A stretch of DNA of 64,000 nucleotides from an uncultured Nitrososphaerota archaeon (GTDB lineage Archaea; Thermoproteota; Nitrososphaeria; Nitrososphaerales; CADDZS01): the NCBI GenBank assembly GCA_963799845.1, contig CAWCYI010000004.1, positions 288,001 to 352,000 on the forward strand, read 5' to 3'. The notes under the pieces were generated by a model. The model was given only the letters and a program-made list of their open reading frames with translations, searched no databases and was not told the DNA's origin. Every line of letters starts with the position of its first letter. Positions within the stretch are counted from its first letter, which is position 1. Positions 10,001 through 18,843 of the stretch are shown one piece after another. Position numbers and translations under genes: made by a program.

Positions 10001-10877
10001 GAGCCTGAGGTATACCTGAAACCTCATTGTCAAAATAAGTCGTAACGTGGTACTGCAAAAGGTCTACGAGGTCCTGAACAATAAGCGGAGGTGTGCCAGA
10101 CTCTTTGCTTTCTCGCACCCTCTGGTTGACCCGAAGGATGTCTACGATCTTGTGGGTCAGATCATCTTCAGACCTGATTCCAGACTCCAGAGTTATAGAT
10201 GGTCTCACGGCAACGGGGGGAACAGGCAGGACCTGCAATATGAGCCATTCAGGTCTTGCGCTTGAAGGATCATAGCCAAGAAGTTTCAGATCGTCGCTGG
10301 TTATTCTCTCAAGCCGTTCCCTGATTGCGACCGGCAGCAATCTGGTGGCTCCACCAGTCTCGGTGATTTCGTGGAACACCGTGGGTTTTGTGAACTCGAT
10401 TTCGTACTGTCCGCGACCGCAGTGAAAACACTCCTTCGCTTTCTTTACCTTGGCCAAGATTTCTCTTGAAATGATCTCGATCAGCATCGGAGAAGAGGAT
10501 GACCTCTCATCAAGTCTCTTCCGATACTCGGCGATGTCTTCTTCCGATAACCGAAGCCGACCACAAGCTCTGCAGGTCGAAATCAATAGTTTGTGGACTT
10601 CGTCTACGAAAGCAATGTGAATGACCGGCTCGGCGAGCTCCACGTGGCCGAAGTGACCCGGACACTTTGGCGCCGTATTTCCGCAAGTAGCGCACTTCTG
10701 TCCTGGCTCAAGAGTTCCGAGGCGATTGTCCATCAAGCCGCCTTGGACCGACATTCCGTCTTCGTCGTAAGTTTCTGGTGCGGTAATCTCCGCTACGCTG
10801 TACTTTCTAATTTCGCTGGGCGAAAGGAAAGCGAACCTGATTCCGCCCACTGCCTTTATCGATTCTTCGAGCGACAT
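7086..10877 (-). CDS. rpo1: DNA-directed RNA polymerase subunit Rpo1 (A'+A'' unsplit)
   Basis: YNSDFDGDEMN active site and SIGEPGTQMTLRTFH trigger loop in one ORF. Confidence 0.98.
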   Translation of the reverse strand: MSLEESIKAVGGIRFAFLSPSEIRKYSVAEITAPETYDEDGMSVQGGLMDNRLGTLEPGQKCATCGNTAPKCPGHFGHVELAEPVIHIAFVDEVHKLLISTCRACGRLRLSEEDIAEYRKRLDERSSSSPMLIEIISREILAKVKKAKECFHCGRGQYEIEFTKPTVFHEITETGGATRLLPVAIRERLERITSDDLKLLGYDPSSARPEWLILQVLPVPPVAVRPSITLESGIRSEDDLTHKIVDILRVNQRVRESKESGTPPLIVQDLVDLLQYHVTTYFDNEVSGIPQAHHRSGRPLKTISQRLKGKEGRFRGSLSGKRVDFSSRTVISPDPSLDISEVGIPFEVARKLTIPEKTSPWNIEFLKKLILNGPFKHPGANYIIRPDGIKIRLDYVTDLQMHADSLAPGFVVERHLVDGDIVIFNRQPSLHRMSVMAHYVKVLPYRTFRLHPAVCPPYNSDFDGDEMNLHVPQSEEARSEALTLMRVQDQILSPRYGGPIIGGIRDFLTAAYLLTKDGTYVTREEFTNLAVAGGYPAGADLPKPEKTEPQALYSGKQLFSLFLPSDFNYVLVSKWEKSSRGAGKDVVIKNGTLLSGVIDRAAIGAEESDSILHRIAKDYGTDEARNFLNSILRLLKAFITRSGFSYGFDELELPEEIRAKISETLDESYAKVSDLNTQYRNGTLPETRGLSPEDALEFYVANELSRARERAGRIADKSFSPTNAGIIMARTGARGSTLNLGQMTAALGQQSVRGKRIEKGYLRRALPHFSQNDPSPDARGFVRSNYRDGLNPIEFFFHAMGGREGLVDTAVRTQQSGYMQRRLVNALEHLKVEYDLTVRDPNGNVIQFKYGEDGVDPAKSDHGRAVNLERLVDTIALSSDPAKAAAESTIVRTVEKYSSDLNPKLRQDLMDALIGSKLDPKSVEKACERVVALVKKSTVEPGEASGIVAAQSIGEPGTQMTLRTFHFAGVKERDVTLGLPRLIELVDARKQPATPSMDVLLDDATKKSNEKAIKVANQIRFTKVANVISKAEVDPSGEIYLSVSNEKMAERQCEMSDIIAAIESPKREVSVDQKTNVITIKIDVDFASLHIHKNKILNQKVKGIPGIDRVTVVKEGEEWKIQTSGSNLQKVRAIEGVDKARTTTNNIFEIYQALGIEAARAALVREIIGTLEEQGLEVDIRHIYLVADLMTSKGFLQQIGRHGVAGTKTSVLARAAFEITVPTLAEAAVRGETEDLRGVTENVIVGLPIPVGTGMIDVFMRGV

Positions 10878-10889
10878 CTTATTCCACCT

Positions 10890-13800
10890 TTAGACTTTGT
10901 CCTTCAGCTGCAACCTGGGAGCGATGTTGAGGCTCATCATCTCTTGAAGGAGAAGCTTGAACGCGTAGGCGATCACGACAGTCGATATCCTTGCCGTGTC
11001 TCCATCCACTCTGCACACATACTTGCGCTGCTTTGCATCAAAGTAAGCGATGAGACCACACTTTTCGCACACGTGAATTTCGGTCTTGTCCGCCTCATCA
11101 AGAAGACGATCTTTCAACACCATTGATGCACCGTATGCGATCAAACAGTCTCGCTCCATTTCACCGAACCTCAGACCTCCGCCTCTAGCCCTGCCTTCCG
11201 TTGGTTGTTTAGTAAGCATCTGAACCTGCCCGCGTGCTCTCGCGTGAATTTTGTCCGCGACCATGTGGTGAAGCTTCTGGTAGAAGACGACTCCAATGTA
11301 AACGTCCGCCGCGAATTTCTTGCCAGTTCTTCCATCATACATTACTTCCCTTCCGGTCGGAGCAAACCCGTTACTCTTGAGAGTCTCTTCCAGAGACTGT
11401 GCTGTTTCTCCCGTGAAAGCTGTGCCATCAACTGGTTTACCTCTTAGGGCTGCTGCCTTGCCCGCGAGCGACTCGATGAACTGCCCCGCGGTCATACGCG
11501 ACGGGAATGCGTGCGGGTTGATGATTACGTCTGGTACGAGACCTTCTTCGGTGTATGGCATATCTTCCTGATTAACGACCATGCCGATAACTCCCTTCTG
11601 ACCGTGTCTTGAAGCGAATTTGTCTCCAATCTCAGGGATTCGCATGTCCCTGACTCTCACCTTGTACATTTTTCCCCCTTCCTCGTTTTCGGTCAGGAAG
11701 ACGGCATCAACAACTCCGGTCTCGCTCGCTCGGACTCCAATCGAAGTATCGCGACGGTAAGGCCCCTTTACTTCGAATTCTTTGTACTCCTCCATGAACC
11801 TCGGAGGGCTCGTTCTTCCGATAATCACGTCTCCTCCAGTGACTTGAGCTTCGTGCATTACCACGCCGTCGGATTCGATTAGGCGGTAGTATTTTTCTCC
11901 TCGGTAACCTCTGATGTTGGCATCTGCTCTCGGGACCTCGAAGGTGTCTTTCATGCCACCGAGATACTGCTTTGCTTCAGCTTCGTAAATACGATAGAAG
12001 ATTGATCTGGCAAAGCCCCGGTCAATCGCTGACTTGTTGAAAATAATTGCGTCTTCAATGTTGTATCCTTCGAACGAAAGAACTGCGACTATTGCGTTCT
12101 GCCCAGTCGGCCTTTCATCAAGACTCAACAGAGAAGTGGACCTCGTCTTTACCAAGGGTGGCTGTGGATGAACCAACAGATGCTCACGCACGTACGTGCT
12201 GAACGGATAGGTCGGGGTGGGGAAGCCCAGCGATTGTTTTGCCATCGCCGACTCGTAGGTGTTCCTCGGTGACTGGTTATGCTCAGGATATGGAATGATG
12301 GAAGCAGCGATGCCAAGAATTGATGATGGATACATTTCGAGATGGGTGTTCCTTTCGCCCAGATGTCGAAAGTCGATTGCGATAAGCGAGTTCTCTTCCT
12401 CGTTCGCATCGATAAGTTCGATGACTCCCATCTGGACGATATCTCTCCAATTCAGCTGGCCCCCTTCTATTCTCTTGATCATCTCTGGAGCCAAGATTGG
12501 CCGGCCATTTTCGCAGATAATGAGAGCTCGAAGTACTCGACCAGAGTTGGTGGAGATGAATATCCTGTTTATTCCACCATCCTTCATGGCTGGGAAATAC
12601 GCAATTCCCGCGTGGGGATGTATCTGTCCCTCGCGCCGCAATTTTCTGAAGGATCTCGCAAGTGCTTCTCCATCTTTCACAAATCCTATGAATCTTCCTT
12701 CAACAAAAGCCCTGCAACCATCCAGCTTGATCTTCTCGTCCGCTTCCTTGAACGGCTTTACTCCCAGATCGTACAGCTTCGCAACTACCTGAGCGGAAGG
12801 AACGCTCACAGAAATTAGCGCAGACAGGGCGAGATTCTTTACCAGACCACAGTTCGATCCTTCCGGCGTCTCGCTGGGGCAGATCCTACCAAAGTGAGTA
12901 GCGTGCAAATCCCTTGCCTCAAAGTTCGGCTGGCTCCTTGACAGCGGCGATTGTATTCTTCGAAGGTGTGATAGCGTAGAAAGATAATTGGTGCGATCCA
13001 GAAGTTGTGTGACTCCAACCTTTCCTCGTCCCCAGTTTCCGGTTGCGATCGCGTTGTTGAGCTTGTCAGTAATTATTCCCGGTCTTATTGCGGCACCAAC
13101 TACGTTTAATCCTCGTCTTTGACCAGTACGCTCTAACTGGTACTTCATGTCTCGAGCTAGATTTCGGAAAGCAGTCCTGAAAAGGTCCGCGATCATCTGA
13201 CCCGCGAACTTGATCACTTTGTTTCCATAGTGGTCTTTGTCGTCTGGATCGAGTAGCCCGATTCTCAGCTCCGCAAGTTTGCAGACGGCTTCTCCGAGGA
13301 AAATCGCCTTGTCGTATCTGTCGTCTTTGGTCTTGCCGAGGTGAGGTAGAAGGCCCCAGTCCAGAACTGACTCCGCGCGCCTCAACCTGAATTCATCAAG
13401 CATTCCGTGGGCGACGCGGTTTCCGATATACATCAAAGCGTCCTTTGGAGTCTTCGCTTCGGAAGCTTTTTCGAACGAAACTTCGAGTCTGTCCTGAATT
13501 TCCTGCTTCAGAGAAATTGCGTCCGCAATCTCCTTGTCCGTTTCCAGGCCAAGAGCTCGCATTACGATGATAAGAGGAAGGTCAACCGGAGAGCTCGGTA
13601 ACTTTACACTGATTGATTCGTCCTGCTTCAGAGTAAGCTCGAGCTTCGCCCTGTAGCCGACGATCGAAGAGTAAACCTTCGCCTTGTAATTTGTGACGCC
13701 GCCGACCTTTTCTACGTCAACGAGAATCTTGTTGGGAGAAAGATCTTCCAGCCCGACGATCACTCTCTCCGAGCCGTTGATGATGAAATAACCTCCCGGA

Positions 13801-14246
13801 TCTTTCGGATCTTCACCGACCTCGATCAGCTGCTGGGGGTTCATCGTCGCAAGCATGCAACGGTCCGACTTTACCATGACCGGCAGGTCGCCGATGTGCT
13901 GTTCCTGAGACTCCCTGACGATGCCGTCTTCCTCGACCGTCATGTCGACGAAAATTGGAGAAGCATAGGAGAGATTTCTCAGCCTCGCTTCCAGCGGAAG
14001 GATGTTGCTGACTGAGCCATCAATCTCGACAACTCGCGGGAGTTTCAGCTTTACCTTGCCAAACTTTACTTTGTATGGAGTTCCGACCGTCTCGATATCA
14101 ATCGAGCCGATCTCGTCGATAATGCTCTGCAGCCCGCGCTGAATGAACTCGTTGTAGGAGTTCAGGTGCTGCCTCGCAACACCTTCTCGATTCAAAATAT
14201 CTTGAAGGACTGGCCACGCGTCATATTGCTGAATTTCTTTTTGCAT
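10890..14246 (-). CDS. rpo2: DNA-directed RNA polymerase subunit Rpo2 (B, unsplit)
   Basis: GGYFIINGSERV, GDKFASRHGQKG, GGLRFGEMERD. Confidence 0.98.
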   Translation of the reverse strand: MQKEIQQYDAWPVLQDILNREGVARQHLNSYNEFIQRGLQSIIDEIGSIDIETVGTPYKVKFGKVKLKLPRVVEIDGSVSNILPLEARLRNLSYASPIFVDMTVEEDGIVRESQEQHIGDLPVMVKSDRCMLATMNPQQLIEVGEDPKDPGGYFIINGSERVIVGLEDLSPNKILVDVEKVGGVTNYKAKVYSSIVGYRAKLELTLKQDESISVKLPSSPVDLPLIIVMRALGLETDKEIADAISLKQEIQDRLEVSFEKASEAKTPKDALMYIGNRVAHGMLDEFRLRRAESVLDWGLLPHLGKTKDDRYDKAIFLGEAVCKLAELRIGLLDPDDKDHYGNKVIKFAGQMIADLFRTAFRNLARDMKYQLERTGQRRGLNVVGAAIRPGIITDKLNNAIATGNWGRGKVGVTQLLDRTNYLSTLSHLRRIQSPLSRSQPNFEARDLHATHFGRICPSETPEGSNCGLVKNLALSALISVSVPSAQVVAKLYDLGVKPFKEADEKIKLDGCRAFVEGRFIGFVKDGEALARSFRKLRREGQIHPHAGIAYFPAMKDGGINRIFISTNSGRVLRALIICENGRPILAPEMIKRIEGGQLNWRDIVQMGVIELIDANEEENSLIAIDFRHLGERNTHLEMYPSSILGIAASIIPYPEHNQSPRNTYESAMAKQSLGFPTPTYPFSTYVREHLLVHPQPPLVKTRSTSLLSLDERPTGQNAIVAVLSFEGYNIEDAIIFNKSAIDRGFARSIFYRIYEAEAKQYLGGMKDTFEVPRADANIRGYRGEKYYRLIESDGVVMHEAQVTGGDVIIGRTSPPRFMEEYKEFEVKGPYRRDTSIGVRASETGVVDAVFLTENEEGGKMYKVRVRDMRIPEIGDKFASRHGQKGVIGMVVNQEDMPYTEEGLVPDVIINPHAFPSRMTAGQFIESLAGKAAALRGKPVDGTAFTGETAQSLEETLKSNGFAPTGREVMYDGRTGKKFAADVYIGVVFYQKLHHMVADKIHARARGQVQMLTKQPTEGRARGGGLRFGEMERDCLIAYGASMVLKDRLLDEADKTEIHVCEKCGLIAYFDAKQRKYVCRVDGDTARISTVVIAYAFKLLLQEMMSLNIAPRLQLKDKV

Positions 14247-14252
14247 TTTTTA

Positions 14253-14552
14253 TTACGCCGATTCTACTACAAATCTGTAGTACGTAGTTTCCCCCGCGGT
14301 ATCGCTTTTCCTAGTTATCCGAACCATATCGCCCGGTTTCGCTCCAATCTCCCTCGCAACCGGGTCAATGCTGAAGAGGAACGGAAACTGTTCCTCCGTC
14401 GCATTGAACTTTCCAAGGACTTCCTTTTTCTCGTCAGCCGAGAGGATCTCGTGTTTAGGAACGAGAACGTGATCTGTAACCTTTACTTCTTCTATTACCT
14501 CGTCTTTCTTACTCTTCTTAGCCACAGTAAAATGCGCTCTCTTCGATGACAT
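14253..14552 (-). CDS. rpo5: RNA polymerase subunit Rpo5 (H)
   Basis: HVLVPKHEIL, DPVAREIGAKPGD, YYRFV. Confidence 0.96.
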   Translation of the reverse strand: MSSKRAHFTVAKKSKKDEVIEEVKVTDHVLVPKHEILSADEKKEVLGKFNATEEQFPFLFSIDPVAREIGAKPGDMVRITRKSDTAGETTYYRFVVESA

Positions 14553-15048
14553 ACCCTACGGTAGAAAACAGATATCCAAAGATCTTGACGGGGATCGGTA
14601 TATACGGATTGTGCCTCGTTTAGCATCAAATCGCCAGGATCTTAGCTCGAAAACAGCTGAAAATCGGGTTCGGGAGTTTCCCTGAGTTCACCGGACTCGT
14701 TTTGAGCCCCGTCTGTTGTGGTTTTCAGGTGCGTCGAAAAGACCTGCGTAAGTCAAAGATTTCCAAAATAATTCTAAACGGGTCTGCTCTAACTAAAAAT
14801 CTCAAAATCAAGCTGTTTCAATCCATCAGAGCTTGAAACGAGCTCGTCGGTACGCAGAATTGCGCCCCGTGTAGAAAAGGGCAAAAACGGCATAATAAAT
14901 CAATAGAGTAAAACAATGGCTTTAGGGAGCAAGGCAGGTCCAAAGGTACGAGAAGAAGACCTGACCATTTGCAAAATACGGAAATTCTTTCCCGAAAGTC
15001 AATAAAAACTCGGACGCAAGCTATCGTTTCGATAGTGTCTTTTGAAAG

Positions 15049-16008
15049 TCAAGCCCTCCGCGCCTTGATTTCCGGGCTTTCGATCCCTGGGAAGATGGGG
15101 ATTCCCTCCTCCACATCGCTCCTTACTTTCACAAACTCTCCGTAGATTCTGGCTGTCACGGGGCCGACCTTTCCCAAACCGATAATCCTCCCATTGACTC
15201 TGATGACCGGGACGAGCTCCGCCAGAGTTCCCGTAAGAAAGACTTCATCGGCGTTGATGAGCTCGAACGGCGTGATTTCTCTTTCGCTGACGGGATACCC
15301 GAGATCGCCTGCAAGTTCTATGACTCTCTGTCTGGTAACGCCGTGAAGGATTGCAGAGTTGGTCGCTGGAGTTGCCAGCTGGTCCTTGCGGACGATGAAC
15401 ACGTTTTCCGCGGTTGCCTCTGATACGAAGCCCCTAGTGTCCAGCATGATCGCCTCATCCACGCCTGCCGCTATCGCCTCCCATCTCGCGAGGATACTGT
15501 TCATGTAGTTCAGGGATTTTACCTCGTGCGAAGTTGCATCGACCGGGTCTCGCCTGATGGATGAAATGATAGTAGTTTTCCCGATCGCGTTTGTCCTCGG
15601 GTCGCGTGATGGAGCAGAGGGTTCGGTGATTACGACGATAGAAGGATTCTTGCATATCGTCGGGTTGAGGCCAAGATCGCCCACGCCTCTGGTAACGAGC
15701 AGCCTGATGTAAGCGTCCTTGAGGTTATTCTTCCTCAGAGTTTCAAGTACGGCCTGAATTATTTCTTCTTTCCGCATCGGAATTGCGAGTCGGATGTAGT
15801 TTGCAGATTCGTAGAGCCGATCGATATGTTCCTTCAGTTTGAAGACGACCCCGTTGTAAGCTCGAATACCCTCGAAGACGCCGTCGCCGTAGAGGAGACC
15901 ATGATCGAAAACAGAAATCGTGGCTTTTGATCTCGGAAAAAGCTCTCCATCGACGTAGACAAAGAGGTTTTCTTTTGAGACTTTCGACGCGTCCGCGGAA
16001 TTTTTCAT
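15049..16008 (-). CDS. ilvE: Branched-chain amino acid aminotransferase
   Basis: DHGLLYGDGVFEGIR, KSLNY, ILHGVTR, ADEVFLTGT. Confidence 0.93.
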   Translation of the reverse strand: MKNSADASKVSKENLFVYVDGELFPRSKATISVFDHGLLYGDGVFEGIRAYNGVVFKLKEHIDRLYESANYIRLAIPMRKEEIIQAVLETLRKNNLKDAYIRLLVTRGVGDLGLNPTICKNPSIVVITEPSAPSRDPRTNAIGKTTIISSIRRDPVDATSHEVKSLNYMNSILARWEAIAAGVDEAIMLDTRGFVSEATAENVFIVRKDQLATPATNSAILHGVTRQRVIELAGDLGYPVSEREITPFELINADEVFLTGTLAELVPVIRVNGRIIGLGKVGPVTARIYGEFVKVRSDVEEGIPIFPGIESPEIKARRA

Positions 16009-16244
16009 TTCAAATATTCCCTACTAACAATTGAATTTCTTTGATAAAAACACATCTAGTTTTGGTTCTACCAGTACGGAGGTGAGAGTCATTCACTATT
16101 TGCTTCAAAGTATGTGGCAATTCTCTCATGGGTCACTTTGAGATGGGGAGATCAACAGTTTCTGATAAGGAGTTCATCTAGTTCCTGATGATATTCTGCG
16201 GCTACTCGGCCGACTTATTAGTCGGCTGATGGTCAACCGCCTAA

Positions 16245-16526
16245 CTAATCTTTTACACCAACTATTGAATAAACTATCAGAGAAAAGCCAATTACTTCTG
16301 CCCCTGCCTCGATCGTTTCGACGATGGTTAGATCATAGTTCAAAAACTCAAACAAGAGCCCGGCCAAAGCCGCACCGATTGTTACGAACACGAAACCAAG
16401 AGCCAGAAAAAGAAGAGACTTGCTCTTTGTTTTTCTGTAGCCTTTTTGTGAATAATAGACAACAATTATTCCTAGAATCAAAATGGCAATTTGGAAAATG
16501 CGTAACAGGTCGAGAGTTACGGTCAA
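16245..16526 (-). CDS. Small 3-TM membrane protein
   Basis: Three hydrophobic helices; 4 bp downstream of the wHTH gene. Confidence 0.75.
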   Translation of the reverse strand: MTVTLDLLRIFQIAILILGIIVVYYSQKGYRKTKSKSLLFLALGFVFVTIGAALAGLLFEFLNYDLTIVETIEAGAEVIGFSLIVYSIVGVKD

Positions 16527-16530
16527 TTAT

Positions 16531-16887
16531 TTACGCCCTCATTGAAGACCACAATCGCGACAGTCTCGTGGCAACGTCCTCGTTCAGCTCAACGTCCAAC
16601 ACAATCTCGCCCTGATTCAATTGTAATTTTATGCTCCTGAAAGAGCTCCTGTAAAGTTCAAATTTCTTGCCGTCGTCAGTGATGATCGTCTTTTCAACCG
16701 TGAGTAGACCAATATCCCGCATTTCATTTACGCGGCGATACGACGTACTAATCGGAATCTGTTCGGACGCGCTCAGCTCTTCAACCGACCTCGCTCGATC
16801 TATCGTTCCCAAGAGAATCTTCCTCGAATATTCGTCAGCCAGCGCCCTAATCAGCGCGTCGCGGACGTTCTGGCCTGTTATTCTCAT
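16531..16887 (-). CDS. Winged-helix (ArsR-like) transcription regulator, paralog 1
   Basis: LADEYSRKIL..SVEELS...IPISTSYRRVNEM..GLL...DDGKK wHTH. Confidence 0.88.
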   Translation of the reverse strand: MRITGQNVRDALIRALADEYSRKILLGTIDRARSVEELSASEQIPISTSYRRVNEMRDIGLLTVEKTIITDDGKKFELYRSSFRSIKLQLNQGEIVLDVELNEDVATRLSRLWSSMRA

Positions 16888-16956
16888 TTCTTCGACCCGG
16901 CATTGAAAAGACCTAGCTTTCGGAACTTTTTGATTGATCTAATAAGGCAGTACACG

Positions 16957-16974
16957 ATTCTCACGAGTGATAAT
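16957..16974 (-). promoter_or_regulatory. 18-bp regulon palindrome for wHTH/3-TM operon
   Basis: ATTCTCA-cgag-TGATAAT, 11 bp upstream of TTATTAGA on minus strand. Confidence 0.75.
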
Positions 16975-16992
16975 GATCTGAAGGGGTAGAAA

Positions 16993-17008
16993 CCCGAACA
17001 GATTCGGG
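16993..17008. promoter_or_regulatory. Second palindrome CCCGAA-N4-TTCGGG
   Basis: Perfect inverted repeat cccgaa-caga-ttcggg; near-identical copy at 29871. Confidence 0.55.
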
Positions 17009-17021
17009 ATTTTCAAGAGTT

Positions 17022-17039
17022 GCTATCAATTTTGATGAT
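17022..17039 (+). promoter_or_regulatory. 18-bp regulon palindrome for 17096 gene
   Basis: GCTATCA-attt-TGATGAT + CGT, 11 bp to TTTAAGTA. Confidence 0.65.
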
Positions 17040-17095
17040 CGTCTCCCGGCTTTAAGTACCAATGCCCCCCAAATGACTCACAAGTGAAAAACTAA

Positions 17096-17671
17096 ATGCT
17101 AAAGTCTCAAGAACAAACTGTAAAGCAAGTACCCGTAACGACTAGCAGATGGGCAAGCAGATTTACCTGGGCAGCCGTGGTCCAGGGTCTGATCCTAACA
17201 ATCATCACGGTGCTCATCGTGGAGCCGCTCAGCTACTTCGGCATCAATTCGTACTACAGCCCGTCTAAAGTTATAGCGGGAGGCGGAGGAGGAACATGGC
17301 TGTTCACTGGCTACATTCTATATCTTACGGTAGGCGTTATCGCGGTCGCAGTCACTGCAATGTTCTACTTCTTCATCGAAGGAGTCAACGGCAAGGTGTA
17401 CCATGGTCTGACGAACTACCTCGCCTGGGGGCACTATATATTCATGAATGTGGGAGTCGCTGGTTCTATGCTCCTCATGATCTGGGGTGGTTATATGGCA
17501 GGTTATGCCGCAGCTCCAGTTGCCTCGGGAGGCCTGGGTTACACAGATCTACAAATCCACGTGAACTATCTCGGTCAGCTAGTCAACCCAATTGGCGGAT
17601 TCGTCCTTCTGGCAGCAGTCGGTGCAATCCTCGGAGGACTTGGATTCATACTCAGAAGCAGGATGAAGTAA
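17096..17671 (+). CDS. Multi-pass membrane protein of unknown function
   Basis: 4-5 hydrophobic helices; own TATA promoter. Confidence 0.75.
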   Translation: MLKSQEQTVKQVPVTTSRWASRFTWAAVVQGLILTIITVLIVEPLSYFGINSYYSPSKVIAGGGGGTWLFTGYILYLTVGVIAVAVTAMFYFFIEGVNGKVYHGLTNYLAWGHYIFMNVGVAGSMLLMIWGGYMAGYAAAPVASGGLGYTDLQIHVNYLGQLVNPIGGFVLLAAVGAILGGLGFILRSRMK

Positions 17672-17685
17672 TCATCGAAATCTAT

Positions 17686-17716
17686 GCGGGGATAAAATTC
17701 CCCCACCTATTTTTTA
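17686..17716 (+). terminator. Possible terminator (short hairpin + T-tract)
   Basis: gcggggat...attccccc followed by tatttttt. Confidence 0.35.
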
Positions 17717-17762
17717 TTCGGAGAAATAATTTTTAGAGAAATAAAATGGTGAAATTGGTAAA

Positions 17763-17987
17763 ATGAGAGCAAAGTACGCAACAGTCAAGATTCCACAAGA
17801 ACTCGCCATGAAGCTGGATGAGTTTGTCGTGGACTTGGGTTATAGAAGCAGGGCAGAAATTGTGAATGACGCTATCAGAAGGTTTATCGATGAAAGGAAA
17901 AGGTTGGATAATCCATCGGCAGTCAGCGAATCGGAAGTACCTACTCGGAATCTCAAACGGAATGAACCGATCAAGTTAACTCCATGA
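17763..17987 (+). CDS. CopG/ribbon-helix-helix regulator
   Basis: TVKIPQEL..KLDE....GYRSRAEIVNDAIRRF. Confidence 0.85.
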   Translation: MRAKYATVKIPQELAMKLDEFVVDLGYRSRAEIVNDAIRRFIDERKRLDNPSAVSESEVPTRNLKRNEPIKLTP

Positions 17988-18030
17988 GTTTAAGCTCGGT
18001 TAGGTTAAGTTGCAACGTTCTCCTTCAGTC

Positions 18031-18459
18031 ATGAAAGTTCTCGATGTCATGTCAACGGATCTTGTCACCAGTCAGGCTGATGAACCACTTAACGAAGCCG
18101 TGCATCGAATGCTGCAGCGAGATGTCGGGTGTATAATAGTAATGGATGATTCGGTTGTGGAGGGGATCATAACGAAGGGTGACGTGTTGAAGAAGGCATT
18201 TCTTCTCGATCTGGATGCTCGGGAAGTTTCTTCGAAAAAGGTGATGTCGAAACCGGTAATAGCAATCGACCCGGACTCGACGCTTGAAGAAGCTTCGCGA
18301 ATGATGACTAGAAACAACGTGTCGAAGCTTGCGGTCGTCAAGGGAAAGAAACTTGTCGGTGTTGTGACTTCCAGCGATATCATCAGGGCGGAGCCAATGC
18401 AGGTGGGCTATCTTCAGGAACTCATCAAAGCAAGGTTTGTGCCCCACGACATCGGCTAA
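18031..18459 (+). CDS. CBS-pair protein
   Basis: VLDVM...GIITKGD, VM...VGVVTSSD. Confidence 0.9.
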   Translation: MKVLDVMSTDLVTSQADEPLNEAVHRMLQRDVGCIIVMDDSVVEGIITKGDVLKKAFLLDLDAREVSSKKVMSKPVIAIDPDSTLEEASRMMTRNNVSKLAVVKGKKLVGVVTSSDIIRAEPMQVGYLQELIKARFVPHDIG

Positions 18460-18485
18460 ATCCCTGGGGCCGATGATGATCGTTC

Positions 18486-18644
18486 ATGAAAGTAGATTCG
18501 AAGAGGGCGAAAGCTGCTGGAAGAAAATGTCCCAAGTGTGGCACGGTTATGATAAACGGTGTTTGTCCTAAATGCAAATACTCGGCAAAGACAGCCTACA
18601 AAAGTAGACGGGAAGCTAAGGAATTCACTTTTGCTGGCGACTGA
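18486..18644 (+). CDS. 52-aa zinc-finger microprotein (not in ORF track)
   Basis: MKVDSKRAKAAGRKCPKCGTVMINGVCPKCKYSAKTAYKSRREAKEFTFAGD; two CPKC motifs. Confidence 0.7.
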   Translation: MKVDSKRAKAAGRKCPKCGTVMINGVCPKCKYSAKTAYKSRREAKEFTFAGD

Positions 18645-18843
18645 AATGTTATTCTCTTTAGGAGAATCATTAGTAACTTCCGTTCAACACAAATTCAATA
18701 TTGTTAATTGTTGATTACTTCTCTTCAGAGTTTCTCGACTATGACGAAAAGAATCGTGAAAAAGAGACACATCGAGCAATCTGTAGTCTCCCACAGAAAG
18801 TCGAAAAAGTGCCAATTCAGAGCGAAGGCTTTGCCTTCCCCCA

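Noticed and set aside
7086-10877. Fused RNA polymerase A'/A'' as a novelty
   Set aside because: Known feature of Nitrososphaerota and some other lineages; used only as a taxonomic marker.
3441-14549. Many long antisense ORFs over tuf, rps and rpo genes
   Set aside because: Shadow ORFs of conserved genes with no motifs.
14553-15048. ~500-bp intergenic gap as an ncRNA or tRNA
   Set aside because: No cloverleaf, recognisable RNA motif or convincing ORF seen by eye.
18651-18708. ATTCTC-N5-GAGAAT and AAATTCA-N4-TGTTAAT near-matches
   Set aside because: Wrong spacing or no TATA at the fixed distance.
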